From positions 26,598,001-26,662,000 of the forward strand of contig OZ024748.1 of the NCBI GenBank assembly GCA_964016885.1: a stretch of DNA of 64,000 nt, in the 5' to 3' direction. Below are positions 39,107 through 53,429 of this stretch, piece by piece (positions within the stretch are counted from its first letter, which is position 1; every line of letters starts with the position of its first letter). The translations under genes were made by a program, and so were the position numbers. The notes beneath the pieces are model-generated. The model was not told where the DNA came from. It saw only the letters and a program-made list of their open reading frames with translations, and did not search any database. Origin of the DNA: Eledone cirrhosa (taxonomy: Eukaryota).

Positions 39107-39354
39107 ATTTTATAGAGTTACAGACAGAGTTATTTATATAAAATAAATATACAAACACATTATATTAAGTCATGTATAAAAATGTATATTCATATACAAA
39201 GATAATTCATATATTTCATGGTGTGTTATGTAATACTTCTGATTCACTTGTTGTCAATCAGTTCTAATATCACTGAATAATTAAACCCTGCTATATACAG
39301 ATATATAAACAATCTTACTTAATAGTCATGTATGGTTCAAATTGTATTGAGGCT

Positions 39355-39620
39355 GATTGAGACAGTTATGTTGAGACGCAGTAGTGTTGAAACAGCTATC
39401 TTGAGACACAGTAATGTTGAATCATAGCTATGTTGAGACAGCTATGTTGAGACACAGTAATGTTGAATCATAGCTATGTTGAGACAGCTATGTTGAGACA
39501 CAGTAATGTTGAATCATAGCTATGTTGAGACAGCTATGTTGAGACACAGTAATGTTGAATCATAGCTATGTTGAGATGTAGTATATGGAGATACAACTAT
39601 GTTGAAACATAACTATGTTA
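39355..39620. repeat. 46-bp tandem repeat built from GTTGAGACAGCTAT subunits
   Basis: Period 46 (39432, 39478, 39524). Confidence 0.85.
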
Positions 39621-40504
39621 AAACACTGGAAGGGCATCCAGCTGTAGACAGCTTGCCAAACAAAAGGTTGAGGGGAACAGTCAGTTGTGTCAAAGACATG
39701 ACAACCTCTCCTGTGCACGCAGTACAGGCCTGTCTGGGAGATCAGTAGCCCTGCTTCAGTACTGACTTTGTCTATGTAGATCCATCCAACTCTTGCAAGC
39801 AGGAATTGCTGGTGTTAACACAACAATGATGATGTTGAGACAGAGTAAGATCTAACTGAGCTTAATGAGATCCAACCAGTCTATTGAATACATTTTATCA
39901 TAAGTCTCCTCAATTAGGACTGACTTGGGGCTAAATAACATCACTATCACCCTCACCCTCCAACACCACCAACACCAACTCTCCCCACCACACATTCCAC
40001 CACACCACCTATGTTCCTCTATCTTTTACTTTACCTCACAGCTTCATTCCTTGCTCTCATTTCCAAGAGATCAAAAGCTTGTTTATCTAAGGGGAGAAAC
40101 ATCCTAAACTAATATAGACCCAATACCATCCTTGATTATCCACACCTCCCACACCCACCCTAATACAACCTCATCTACTTATTCACCATCTTCTGCCTCT
40201 AGATCTACACACACACACAGGTATACATACATATACACATACACACACACACATACATATATACATACTGAGGCAATTTTAATATCCCTTTGCAATGGTG
40301 ACTTTCACTCTGATCTCACACTTCCCAACCATTTCCATTCCCTGTATACTTCAAGCATGACTGATAGCTGATAACTGTCTGTCTCCTCTCCATTTCTCTC
40401 CCTTCTCCAAGGAAGAAAATTCCCTCAACCATGACCTTCCACCCCCACATCTCCTCTTCTCCTCCTCTCCCATTTAGGGACCTTTACTACATACATTAGT
40501 CCCT

Positions 40505-40604
40505 GGACCTGCTAGAAATAATAGCCAAGTCTCACTCCAAATCACACACATCCAACCATCTTGGAATATAAAACAAAATGATGAAGTCCTAACTACACTA
40601 CTAT

Positions 40605-40662
<58 letters not shown>

Positions 40663-40757
40663 GTGTCTGAAAAGAAAAGACCAGATGGTCACAGCAGGAA
40701 TGTTTTTTTGATCATAGGTTTCCTACAGTGGGACTGACCTGGGGTTAAACAACAACA
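40505..40757 (+). mobile_element. Third dispersed repeat family (SINE-like, (AAC)n tail)
   Basis: GCTAGAAATA.CAGCCAA..TC..TCAAATCACAC ... GACCTGGGG.TAAACAACAAC recurs, whole or in part, at about 3670, 24400-24592, 37490, 38585(-), 52250 and 52900-53075. Confidence 0.55.
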
Positions 40758-41027
40758 TTAACAAATGGAAGATATATAAAAAGGGGGTTAAGAGGGAAAC
40801 AAATTTAGTTACTATTATTGACTCAAATAACAGACTATAAAGATAAAGATAAAGTGAAAATTATATGGTGCATGTGTTTCTATTGGCAACATGACCATCC
40901 CCAAATATAACAGTATCAGTTTCAACACACTATTTCACATCAAGAATCTTGCAAAACAAATATATAAATGTGTGTGTGCATATAATATATATTATATATA
41001 TTATATATATATATATTATATATTGAA

Positions 41028-41211
41028 GGGCGGTGGATTGGCAGTATCAGTAGAGGGTCGGACGCCATGCTTTCCAGCATAGTTACATCCCTTTACGATC
41101 TGAGTTCAAATCCCGCTGAGGTTGACTTTGCCTTTCATTCTTACGGGGTCGATAAAATAAAGTACCAGTAATGCACTGGGTAATTGATGGCCTTGTGCCT
41201 AAAGTAGAAAC

Positions 41212-41250
<39 letters not shown>

Positions 41251-41371
41251 CAGTACTTTAAATAAAGCCCTTATTGTACAGTCAACCATGTTACTCTTCT
41301 TTCTTTAAGGAAAAAAGTATGTGCAAGATGTGGTTCACCCAGTCTAACTTCAGATTGTGACAACTCAGCCA

Positions 41372-41403
<32 letters not shown>

Positions 41404-41500
41404 TACTGGTACTTTATTTTATCGACCCCGTAAGGATGAAAAGCAAAGTTAACCTCGGTGGTATTTGAACTCAGAATGGCAAGGGCCGTAACTCTATGCT
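41028..41500. mobile_element. SINE family A copies: full-length plus (41028-41216) and partial minus (41401-41500)
   Basis: Conserved A/B boxes and core. Confidence 0.8.
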
Positions 41501-41642
41501 AGAAAACAAAGTTTTCATTTTAATTTAATCTTTAAGAAAACACATTACCATCTCATGTCACAAACTAAAATACCTCAGATTTTGGTTTTTGTCATTTTAC
41601 TAAACATATATACTTTCTTACTAATGCTGACTACAACTACTA

Positions 41643-41679
<37 letters not shown>

Positions 41680-41863
41680 CAGCACCACTACTACTACTAG
41701 TCTCTTAGGATTGCATTGGTTACATTTGATATATAAACTATACATATACTGATATATATATATATATATAACTTTTGAGAAATTTTGATTCTGCTTAAGT
41801 TTATGCTGAGTCAAACTAAATCTAAGGAGGTCAGTGAAACAGGCAGGTTTTTATGGAGGTGGA

Positions 41864-41933
<70 letters not shown>

Positions 41934-42091
41934 GGTGGTAATGGTAGCAACAGCAGCAGCAGTAGTAGTAGCAGCATTATGGCAGGACACAATTAACCCT
42001 TTTGATACCCATCCAGCCAAAACCAATTCTGGTTCTATGAAACCAAACCACCCATTTTATTTTAAAATGGCTCCTATTTATATTTAAATCT

Positions 42092-42136
<45 letters not shown>

Positions 42137-42943
42137 TTTTATTGCAGCCATAGTCAAACTGTGGTCTGTTTCTGTTTTTTTTTTTTGGCTTTCTGAATGG
42201 CGCTCAATTTCAAAATTGCCTTGAATTTTTTAATAGCACAGCTTGATGAGCAACATCCTATGGGACCCTACTGTTAAAAAAAAAAAGGTTGCCCATGCCT
42301 GCTCTATACCTCACCCCATCTTACTCTGCTCACCACACCACTCCCCAGTCATTTCTTCAGTCAGACATTCATGAATCATTTATGAGGGAGTTTAGTCTTC
42401 TTACCTTTAAAATTATTTTTTCTTAGGGTTTAGGTATATTGGGTACATTTAGATCTCCTCGCCTGCCCCACCACTCATATTCCATGCCAACAGGTTTCAA
42501 GTGTTCCCCAGCCCCTTGTATCCCATATCAACAAGCTTAAAGTGTTGCCCCCCTCCTCCCGGCCATCTGGTTTGAGACAAACAATCCAGTAGTAGATTTC
42601 ATGAATCCCTAATGAGCAAGCCCTTAAAATATGTTTTCTTTAAGGGCTTGGTTTCTTTTGCTTTGGCTTCCCCACCCTCTTTTTTTATAGGATCAAATGG
42701 TGGAAATGTATTTCTATTGTACTATGGACTAAATTGTTAATCTATCTAGGGTGGTGGTGATGGTGGTGGTGGTGTATATCATCATCATCATCATCATCAT
42801 CATCATTGCTTTTAAATGAATTTTTTCATTCTGTCATAAGTTTGAATAACATTTTTCAGGGGCAATGTTTTACAATCAGATGACCTTCCTGGCACTAACC
42901 CTTTTAGTTGCTTCTTGTGACATGCAGGGCTACACACGAATCA

Positions 42944-43000
<57 letters not shown>

Positions 43001-43007
<7 letters not shown>

Positions 43008-43642
43008 AAGTTGTAGTTCCTGTCTGTTTGTTTGTTTGTTCACGAACTCCCCCTATGGTTTTAGAGATAGACCCCCATAAACATATATATTCTGAAACTA
43101 CATTGCCCAGGGTACTTGGATAAGTATATTTCATTTTATCAAAGGATTCCCAGGGGCACAAACCCCTACTGAAAATTTTCTCCCTTCGATTTATATGAAA
43201 TTTAAACCATAGGTAAATGACAAGATATGATGCCTATTCACAGAATTTCAGCAAATTTCAATAATATTAATACACCCTAATGGGGGGTTAAACCCCTTAT
43301 AGTGAACATTTTGGAAGCCCATAACTTGAGTATTGGAACTTTGAATTTCTAATTTGAAAATAATGCTTTACACAAAAATGTAATGATCAAGTTTTGAATT
43401 GATATTTTGAAAGAAATTATTTACAAGAAACAAAATAAGAATAAGATTTAATAATGTAATTTTGATTTGATATATTACAAAAAATAATGTTTTCCAATTT
43501 TTCATGCATTACATTTTGCATTGAGTAATATTGAAATGCAGAGTTTTTCTCCATAAATTATATCACTGATTTTAAATCAATTATCATTTTCTTACAAAAA
43601 AAAAATGTGTGAAACGCAGCAATGCGCGGGTAATTTGGCTAG
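43001..43642 (+). mobile_element. Non-autonomous Helitron-like element
   Basis: 5' ATATATAAAG...GTCTGTTTGTTTGTTTG. 3' GC-rich hairpin CGCA-GCAA-TGCG (43615-43626) 12 nt before CTAG (43639-43642), followed by T. Confidence 0.6.
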
Positions 43643-43762
43643 TATATATATATAGTATATATGCTAGCAAGTAAAACAGACATTAAATGATGATGATATA
43701 TATATATACTGAGTAATTCCACAAGTTCAACACCCGTACAAGGATTAGGAAGACTAACAACA

Positions 43763-43892
43763 TTAATTGTTAGTTGATCCAGCCCCTGGGTCTTCAAAGC
43801 AAAGATACAGGGCTGAGGTAAACAATATTAATTGTTAGTTGATCCAGCCCTTGGGTCTTCAAAGAGAAGATACAGGGCTGAGGTGAACAACA
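43763..43892. repeat. 65-bp direct tandem duplication
   Basis: TTAATTGTTAGTTGATCCAGCCC...ACAGGGCTGAGGT twice. Each copy has CAGCCC/GGGCTG inverted arms. Confidence 0.85.
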
Positions 43893-45626
43893 TTGGAAAA
43901 AACAACAACAAAACAAGATTTTCTTATTAAAAAATATGAAAAGATTGATTCTTATAACATTCTGTAATTAGTGTGTTGTTGTTGTTATTGTTGTTGTTGT
44001 TAAGCACCAATTCAACTTGGATTGAGAACATCTATAATTAAAGACATTCCTGCCATGGTCATCCCACCTTTTTAAGGATTTGTAGGACTACCTTATTTAA
44101 TGTCACATTGGTGGTTAGAGACTGTAGTAGTAGTGGTGGTGGTGGTGGTGGTGGTGGTAGTAATAGTTGTAGTATGGGGTGGTAGTGGTGGTGGTAGTAG
44201 TAGTAGTAGTGATGGTGGTGGTAGTAGTAGTTTTAGTTGTGGTGGTGGTGGTGGTGGTGGTAGTAGTAGTAGTAGAAGTGGAGGTGGTGGTGGTGGTAGT
44301 AGTGGTGGTGGTGGTAGTAGTAGTAGTAGTGATGGAGGTGGTGGTGGTGATAGTAGTAGTTGTAGTAGTAGCAGTTGTGGCAATGGTAGTAGTAGTAGTA
44401 GTGGAGGTGGTGGTGGTGGTGGTGGTGGTAGTAGTAGTAGAAGCAGTGTTATAGATTACTTGCAATCTATGGATTTTGTTTTGTTTTTTCCTTTCCAAAT
44501 AATAGTTTTTAATTTAGGCATAAGGCCAACAATTTTAAAGGAAAAGTCGTGTTGAACCCAGTACTTTACTGGTACTTTATTGGCTTCCTAAGGATGAAAG
44601 GCAAAGTCTTTGAAACCAGATCATAGAGGACTGAAAGAAAATATTGCAATACATGTGCAGGTCTAATGGACACTGGACTTAATGACCTGTAACATAATAA
44701 CCAGCAATCAGTTAAAGATGACATATAACAACAGACAATATACTGACACCACCACCACCACCAATACACCAACACCAACATCACCACTATCCCCCACCAC
44801 CACCACCATCGTCACCATCCCCCACAACCCACCACCACCACCATCATGCCACACAACCATGACCATCACCCCCACCCCCTCACCACCACCATTGCCAATA
44901 AAAAAAAACCCATCATTACCACCACCACCACCACCAACACCAACAACAAAACTATAGATAACACCACCACCACCAACAACAACAACAACAACAATACCAC
45001 CACTACAACAACTACAAGGGCAATATTGCTACAGTATGTGACCCAGGTGATGTGAATACTAAACAAACACCATTTGCAGCATCTCAGCTTACCTGGCTTT
45101 GGTGAACATAATGGAACACGTATGAAGGGGGGGGGGGTGTGACAGTAGCAAGCAATACCTTTCTCTATCCCCTAGTGCATGGGAAAAAAACTTGTATAGT
45201 ATATATATACCAACACAAACATACACACATGCATATATATATATATACCAACACAAACACATATATATACACACACATACATACATATATATATATATAT
45301 ATACACATACACACACATCTATACTATAGAAATGTCCCCTCTCCTCCCTCCACCCACACACCCCTATATCCCATTCTCACCTCACTTCTAATTCCTCAAA
45401 TTCTCTTCCTTATACCCACCTGTACCCAACAATGTCACAAAATTGATGTGTACACACACACGCACACACACGCGCACACACACACACACACGAACGCACA
45501 CATACATACATACATACATATGTATACATGTGTACACACAAAATTGTATTAAGTAGATGTGTGAGTGAGTATCAATACATTATGTGGTGAGCAGTGCATA
45601 TATTCCATAAATTGATAAACATATAT

Positions 45627-47936
45627 TACTGACCCCAGGGGTAGGGATGTAACACAGTCAGTATTGATACACTGACCCCAGGGGTAGGGATGTAACACAG
45701 TCAGTATTGATACACTGACCCCAGGGGTAGGGATGTAACACAGTCAGTATTGATACACTGACCCCAGGGGTAGGGATGTAACACAGTCAGTATTGATACA
45801 CTGACCCCAGGGGTAGGGATGTAACACAGTCAGTATTGATACACTGACCCCAGGGGTAGGGATGTAACACAGTCAGTATTGATACACTGACCCCAGGGGT
45901 AGGGATGTAACACAGTCAGTATTGATACACTGACTCCAGGGGTAGGGATGTAACACAGTCAGTATTGATACACTGAGCCCAGGGGTAGGGATGGAACAGT
46001 CAGTATTGATACACTGACCCAGGGGTAGGGATGTAACACAGTCAATATTGATACACTGACCCCAGGGGTAGGGATGTAACACAGTCAGTATTGATACACT
46101 GACTCCAGGGGTAGGGATGTAACACAGTCAGTATTGGAATAGTGACCCCAGGGGTAGGGATGTAACACAGTCAGTATTGATACACTGACCCCAGGGGTAG
46201 GGATGTAACACAGTCAGTATTGATACACTGACCCCAGGGGTAGGGATGTAACACAGTCAGTATTGATACACTGACCCCAGGGGTAGGGATGTAACACAGT
46301 CAGTATTGATACACTGACCCCAGGGGTAGGGATGTAACACAGTCAGTATTGATACACTGACCCCAGGGGTAGGGATGTAACACAGTCAGTATTGATACAC
46401 TGACCCCAGGGGTAGGGATGGAACACAGTCAGTATTGATACACTGACCCCAGGGGTAGGGATGGAACACAGTCTGTATTGATACACTGACCCAGGGGTAG
46501 GGATGTAACACAGTCAGTATTGATACACTGACCCCAGGGGTAGGGATGGAACAGTCAGTATTGATACACTGACCCCAGGGGTAGGGATGGAACAGTCAGT
46601 ATTGATACACTGACCCCAGGGGTAGGGATGTAACACAGTCTGTATTGATACACTGACCCAGGGGTAGGGATGTAACACAGTCAGTATTGATACACTGACC
46701 CCAGGGGTAGGGATGTAACACAGTCTGTATTGATACACTGACCCTGGGGTAGGGATGTAACACAGTCAGTATTGATACACTGACTCCAGGGGTAGAGATG
46801 TAACACAGTCAGTATTGATACACTGACTCCAGGGGTAGGGATGTAACACAGTCAGTATTGATACACTGACCCCAGGGGTAGGGATGTAACACAGTCAGTA
46901 TTGATACACGTGGGGGAGGGTGCTCTGAAAGTACAGTAGCTAGAGTCAGAACTGGATGGAAAAAGTTCAGAGAGCGTATACCACTATTAGCCGCTAGAGG
47001 GTTCTCCCTAAATATGAAAGGCAGGTTATACGATGCCTGCATACGAACAGCAATGCTGCATGGCAGTGAGACCTGGGCATTGTGTGCAGAGGATATACGC
47101 AGACTAGAGAGGAACGAAGCTTGCATGCTCCGCTGGATGTGCAATAGTAATATACGTGAACGGCAAAGCATAAACGAACTAAGGAAAAAATTAGAAATAA
47201 GAGGGATCAGATGTTGTTTACTCGAGAGAAGGCTACGTTGGTACGGTCACGTGATGCGCATGAAAGACGACAGCTGTATAACAAAGTGCAGGGCAATAAA
47301 GATAGACGGTAGCCACGGAGTAGGCAGACCCAGAAAAACATGGGACGAGCTGATAAATTCCGACCTCACATGCTTACACCTCTCCAAGACAATGTCACTG
47401 GACCGAGACCTTTGGCGGTACTCAGTAATAGAGAAGACCCGCCTTACCTAAATACAAAGTAAAAACCTACTACAGTCAGTAGGCATCTCTATCAAAACAC
47501 CCCCCCGTCCCACCACCTCCACCCCATCCACACCACCCCTTTCAATGTAAAGTTATGTTGGTCCCACAACATCCAGGCCGAAACAAATGAGATCGTGTAG
47601 GTGTCACGATAAAAAAACACACAGTCCACGCTGTAAATGTGGCCGTGTAGGCAACACGGTAAAAACCTCCCAGCCCCACACTGTAAATGTGGTTGGTGTT
47701 AGGAAGGGCATCCAGCTGTAGAAAACCCGCCAGACAGTCCACGCTGTAATGTGGCCGTGTAGGCAACACGGTAAAAACCTCCCAGCCCCACACTGTAAAT
47801 GTGGTTGGTGTTAGGAAGGGCATCCAGCTGTAGAAAACCCGCCAGACAGTCCTATGCGAGCAAGACAACCACTCTTGCCTCAAGTGGGAAAACCCCCGTC
47901 CAAACCCATGAAAGCGTGGAACACGGACGCTAAACC

Positions 47937-47969
<33 letters not shown>

Positions 47970-49590
47970 CCCCAGGGGTAGGGATGTAACACAGTCAGTA
48001 TTGATACACTGACTCCAGGGGTAGGGATGTAACACAGTCAGTATTGATACACTGACCCCAGGGGTAGGGATGTAACACAGTCAGTATTGATACACTGACC
48101 CCAAGGGTAGGGATGTAACACAGTCAGTATTGATACACTGACCCCAGGGGTAGGGATGGAACAGTCAGTATTGATACACTGACCCCAGGGGTAGGGATGT
48201 AACACAGTCAGTATTGATACACTGACTCCAGGGGTAGGGATGTAACACAGCCAGTATTGATACACTGACCCCAGGGGTAGGGATGTAACAGTCAGTATTG
48301 ATACACTGACCCCAGGGGTAGGGATGTAACACAGTCAGTATTGATACACTGACCCCAGGGGTAGGGATGTAACACAGTCAGTATTGATACACTGACCCCA
48401 GGGGTAGGGATTTAACACAGTCAGTATTGATACACTGACCCCAGGGGTAGGGATGGAACAGTCAGTATTGATACACTGACCCCAGGGGTAGGGATGTAAC
48501 ACAGTCAGTATTGATACACTGACTCCAGGGGTAGGGATGTAACACAGTCAGTATTGATACACTGACCCCAGGGGTAGGGATGTAACACAGTCAGTATTGA
48601 TACACTGACCCCAGGGGTAGGGATGTAACACAGTCAGTATTGATACACTGACCCCAGGGGTAGGGATGTAACACAGTCAGTATTGATACACTGACCACTG
48701 GGGTAGGGATGTAACACAGTCTGTATTGATACACTGACCCCAGGGGTAGGGATGTAACACAGTCAGTATTGATACACTGACTCCAGGGGTAGGGATGTAA
48801 CACAGTCAGTATTGATACACTGACTCCAGGGGTAGGGATGGAACAGTCAGTATTGATACACTGACCCCAGGGGTAGGGATTTAACACAGTCAGTATTGAT
48901 ACACTGACCCCAGGGGTAGGGATGGAACAGTCAGTATTGATACACTGACCCCAGGGGTAGGGATGGAACAGTCAGTATTGATACACTGACCCCAGGGGTA
49001 GGGATTTAACACAGTCAGTATTGATACACTGACCCCAGGGGTAGGGATGGAACAGTCAGTATTGATACACTGACCCCAGGGGTAGGGATGTAACACAGTC
49101 AGTATTGATACACTGACCCCAGGGGTAGGGATGTAACACAGTCAGTATTGATACACTGACCCCAGGGGTAGGGATGTAACACAGTCTGTATTGATACACT
49201 GACTCCAGGGGTAGGGATTTAACACAGTCAGTATTGATACACTGACCCCAGGGGTAGGGATGGAACAGTCAGTATTGATACACTGACCCCAGGGGTAGGG
49301 ATGTAACACAGTCAGTATTGATACACTGACTCCAGGAGTAGGGATGTAACACAGTCAGTATTGATACACTGAGCCCAGGGGTAGGGATGTAACACAGTCA
49401 GTATTGATACACTGAGCCCAGGGGTAGGGATGTAACACAGTCAGTATTGATACACTGACTCCAGGGGTAGGGATGTAACAGTCAGTATTGATACACTGAC
49501 TCCAGGGGTAGGGATGGAACAGAGTCAGTATTGGAATAGTGACCCCAGGGGTAGGGATGGAACAGAGTCAGTATTGGAATAGTGACCCTA
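45627..49590. repeat. 43-bp satellite GACCCCAGGGGTAGGGATGTAACACAGTCAGTATTGATACACT, interrupted by an RTE insertion
   Basis: Period 43 (45631, 45674...), with 41-42-bp variants. Confidence 0.95.
46910..47969 (+). mobile_element. Young 5'-truncated RTE LINE with intact ORF end, 3'UTR and (TGA)n tail
   Basis: KGRLYDACIRTAMLHGSETW...RRLRWYGHVMR...GRPRKTW...DRDLWR, stop at 47451. (GAT)n at 47937-47969. Confidence 0.92.
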
Positions 49591-49650
49591 CAATAAGGTA
49601 ACATTTAGTAGTGTTGGTACTATAATAAAGTGGTGTTGCTACTGTAATAG

Positions 49651-49836
49651 TGTTTCTACTTTTGGCACAAGGCCAGCAATAATCCAGTACATTACTGGTA
49701 CTTTATTTTATCGACCCCGTAAGGATGAAAGGCAAAGTTAACCTTGGCGGGTTTGAACTCAGAACACAAAGGGCCATAACTCTATGCTGCAAAGCATGGT
49801 GTCTGACGCTCTACCGATACTACCAAACCATCGCCC
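49651..49836 (-). mobile_element. tRNA-derived SINE family A
   Basis: Full-length reverse copy at the start of the 27-bp array. Confidence 0.85.
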
Positions 49837-51896
49837 TATATAATAGTGTTTAGTAGTGTTGGTACTATAATAGTGTTTAGTAGTGTTGGTACTATAATAG
49901 TGTTTAGTAGTGTTGGTACTATAATAGTGTTTAGTAGTGTCGGTACTACAATAGTGTTTAGTAGTGTTGGTACTATAATAGTGTTTAGTAGTGTTGGTAC
50001 TATAATAGTGTTTAGTAGTGTTGGTACTACAATAGTGTTTAGTAGTGTTGGTACTATAATAGTGTTTAGTAGTGTTGGGACTATAATAGTGTTTAGTAGT
50101 GTTGGTACTATAATAGTGTTTAGTAGTGTTGGTACTACAATAGTGTTTAGTAGTGTTGGGACTATAATAGTGTTTAGTAGTGTTGGTACTATAATAGTGT
50201 TTAGTAGTGTTGGTACTACAATAGTGTTTAGTAGAGTTGGTACTATAATAGTGTTTAGTAGTGTTGGGACTATAATAGTGTTTAGTAGTGTTGGTACTAT
50301 AATAGTGTTTAGTAGTGTTGGTACTATAATAGTGTTTAGTAGTGTTGGTACTACAATAGTGTTTAGTAGTGTTGGTACTACAATAGTGTTTAGTAGTGTT
50401 GGTACTATAATAGTGTTTAGTAGTGTTGGTACTATAATAGTGTTTAGTAGTGTTGGTACTAGAATAGTGTTTACTAGTGTTGGTACTATAATAGTGTTTA
50501 GTAGTGTTGGTACTACAATAGTATTTAGTAGTGTTGGTACTACAATAGTGTTTACTAGTGTTGGTACTACAATAGTGTTTAGTAGTGTTGGTACTATAAT
50601 AGTGTTTAGTAGTGTTGGTACTATAATAGTGTTTAGTAGTGTTGGTACTATAATAGTGTTTAGTAGTGTTGGTACTATAATAGTGTTTAGTAGTGTTGGT
50701 ACTACAATAGTGTTTAGTAGTGTTGGTACTACAATAGTGTTTAGTAGTGTTGGTACTATAATAGTGTTTAGTAGTGTTGGTACTATAATAGTGTTTAGTA
50801 GTGTTGGTACTATAATAGTGTTTAGTAATGTTGGTACTATAATAGTGTTTAGTAGTGTTGGTACTATAATAGTGTTTAGTAGTGTTGGTACTACAATAGT
50901 GTTTAGTAGTGTTGGTACTACAATAGTGTTTAGTAGTGTTGGTACTACAATAGTCTTTAGTAGTGTTGGGACTATAATAGTGTTTAGTAGTGTTGGTACT
51001 ATAATAGTGTTTAGTAGTGTTGGTACTATAATAGTGTTTAGCAGTGTTGGTACTATAATAGTGTTTAGTAGTGGTGGTACTATAATAGTGTTTAGTAGTG
51101 TTGGGACTATAATAGTGTTTAGTAGTGTTGGTACTACAATAGTGTTTATTAGTGTTGGTACTATAATAGTGTTTAGTAGTGTTGGTACTACAATAGTGTT
51201 TAGTAGTGTTGGTACTACAATAGTGTTTAGTAGTGTTGGTACTACAATAGTGTTTAGTAGTGTTGGGACTATAATAGTGTTTAGTAGTGTTGGTACTATA
51301 ATGGTGTTTAGTAGTGTTGGTACTATAATAGTGTTTAGTAGTGTTGGTACTATAATAGTGTTTAGTAGTGGTGGTACTATAATAGTGTTTAGTAGTGTTG
51401 GGACTATAATAGTGTTTAGTAGTGTTGGTACTACAATAGTGTTTAGTAGTGTTGGTACTACAATAGTGTTTAGTAGTGTTGGTACTACAATAGTGTTTAG
51501 TAGTGTTGGTACTATAATAGTGTTTAGTAGTGTTGGTACTATAATAGTGTTTAGTAGTGTTGGTACTAGAATAGTGTTTACTAGTGTTGGTACTATAATA
51601 GTGTTTAGTAGTGTTGGTACTACAATAGTGTTTAGTAGTGTTGGTACTACAATAGTGTTTAGTAGTGTTGGTACTACAATAGTGTTTAGTAGTGTTGGTA
51701 CTATAATAGTGTTTAGTAGTGTTGGTACTATAATAGTGTTTAGTAGTGTTGGTACTATAATAGTGTTTAGTAGTGTTGGTACTATAATAGTGTTTAGTAG
51801 TGTTGGTACTATAATAGTGTTTAGTAGTGTTGGTACTACAATAGTGTTTAGTAGTGTGGCTACTACAATAGTGTTTAGTAGTGGTGGTACTATAAT
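49837..51896. repeat. 27-bp satellite TAGTAGTGTTGGTACTATAATAGTGTT
   Basis: About 76 copies. It gives the 9-aa periodic ORFs on both strands. Confidence 0.97.
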
Positions 51897-52526
51897 GAAA
51901 TGAAGCCAGTCCATTCTATAACTCCAGTCCAGTACTTGACTATTACTTGACTTCCTTGACACTGGAAGGATTTCCTATATATTATGAAGGTTTCCTATAT
52001 ATTATGAGTTCAAATCCCAGTAGGGGGTGGCAATAATATTTATCTTTTGGAGCAGAGTAAAGGAGTCAATAAAACAAGACCTTCAGGTTAATTTTATCAA
52101 CAATAGACAGAGTCTTAATATCTATTTATTTCAATGTAAGGAACCACTGTAAGGGTGGGGCAAGCTTCATTCATTTTCACTTCTTTTCCCACAATAGTAA
52201 AAATAATCCAGATATTGAGGAAGCTTCTTTGAGGGTTTTCTGGCTGTTGGAGTAGCAACCAAATCTCTCTCAACCCACACCATACCGTTTTAACCCTTTT
52301 GTTACCATATTTCTAATGACTATTTTTCAGTTAATTAACTCTTAACATCCTGTACCACAAGAAACCACATTATTAAGACATTATTGAACAGTATAAAACA
52401 GCATTATGACTGCATCACATTAAAAATTAAAGTCTTTACTCTAACACTGCACATTTTCACAGCAAAACCATTACAGGATATTAAGTTAATGAAGAATTTG
52501 GAAAGATGTACTACAAACATTATTTC

Positions 52527-52847
52527 GGTCTGAGTTCAAATCCCGCCGAGTTTAACTTTTCCTTTCATCCTTACGGGGTTGATAAAATAAAGTACCAGTA
52601 ATGCACTGGGATGATTGCTGGCCTTGTGCCAAAAGTAGAAACAATTATTTCATTAAGAGGTGGATTGGCAGTATCGGTGAAGGGTTGGATGCCATGCTTT
52701 GCAGCAAAGAGTTACGGCCCTTTATGGTCTGAGTTCAAATCCCGCCGAGGTTAACTTTGCCTTTCATCCTTACGGGGTCGATAAAATAAAGTACCAGTAA
52801 TGTACTGGGTAATTGCTGGCCTTGTGCCAAAAGTAGAAACAATTATT
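52527..52847 (+). mobile_element. Tandem SINE family A copies (5'-truncated plus full-length)
   Basis: B box, core and tail twice, both ending AGAAACAATTATTTCA. Confidence 0.85.
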
Positions 52848-53429
52848 TCACTGTTAAGACTGTATTGATCACGGCTGGCTTTGGCTGGGTTGGTATGGAA
52901 GGGTTAAGGAAAGGAAAGGGCTCATCCAATAGTATAGCCCTAGACAGACAATTCCTGGTGTATTAATCATGGTTATATTTTGTGTATAGTACAGTACAGT
53001 CCTAGATACAGATGTCTGAAATAAAGATAGGATGTTCATCTTTGGAATGACTCTGGTGGGCTCAACAACAACAAAGGTAGACAATGAAATGGGATGCTAA
53101 GAGGAGGAGGAAAACTGATGCAAACCTCTCCCTCCTCCTCCTCCCAGTCTGACTCCACACGACCCCCCTCCCCCCTCTGTCTCCATCTCTGTCTGTTTCT
53201 CTCTATCTGTTTCACTCTGTCTCTCTTTCTCTCCATCATCAATCACAATTGACAGATGAAACAGTAGCCCCCTCCTCCACAAACATTAGATGAAGGGACC
53301 AGGGTCATTTCTATCTGATGGATCTAATCTATTGTGAATGGGGGTCACTCTGTTGGTCATCTCAACCAGACCAACCCAGCACTTGTGGTCAAGTAGACAA
53401 GGCCAACTAAACAGTAGCCACTTCACTTC

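Noticed and set aside
45627-49590. CRISPR-like appearance of palindromic 43-, 48- and 56-bp repeats
   Set aside because: Units are head-to-tail with no unique spacers, there are no cas genes and the context is eukaryotic.
49836-51962. 708-aa and 685-aa ORFs with 9-aa periodicity
   Set aside because: Translations of a 27-bp satellite on both strands. No signal peptide or unique domain.
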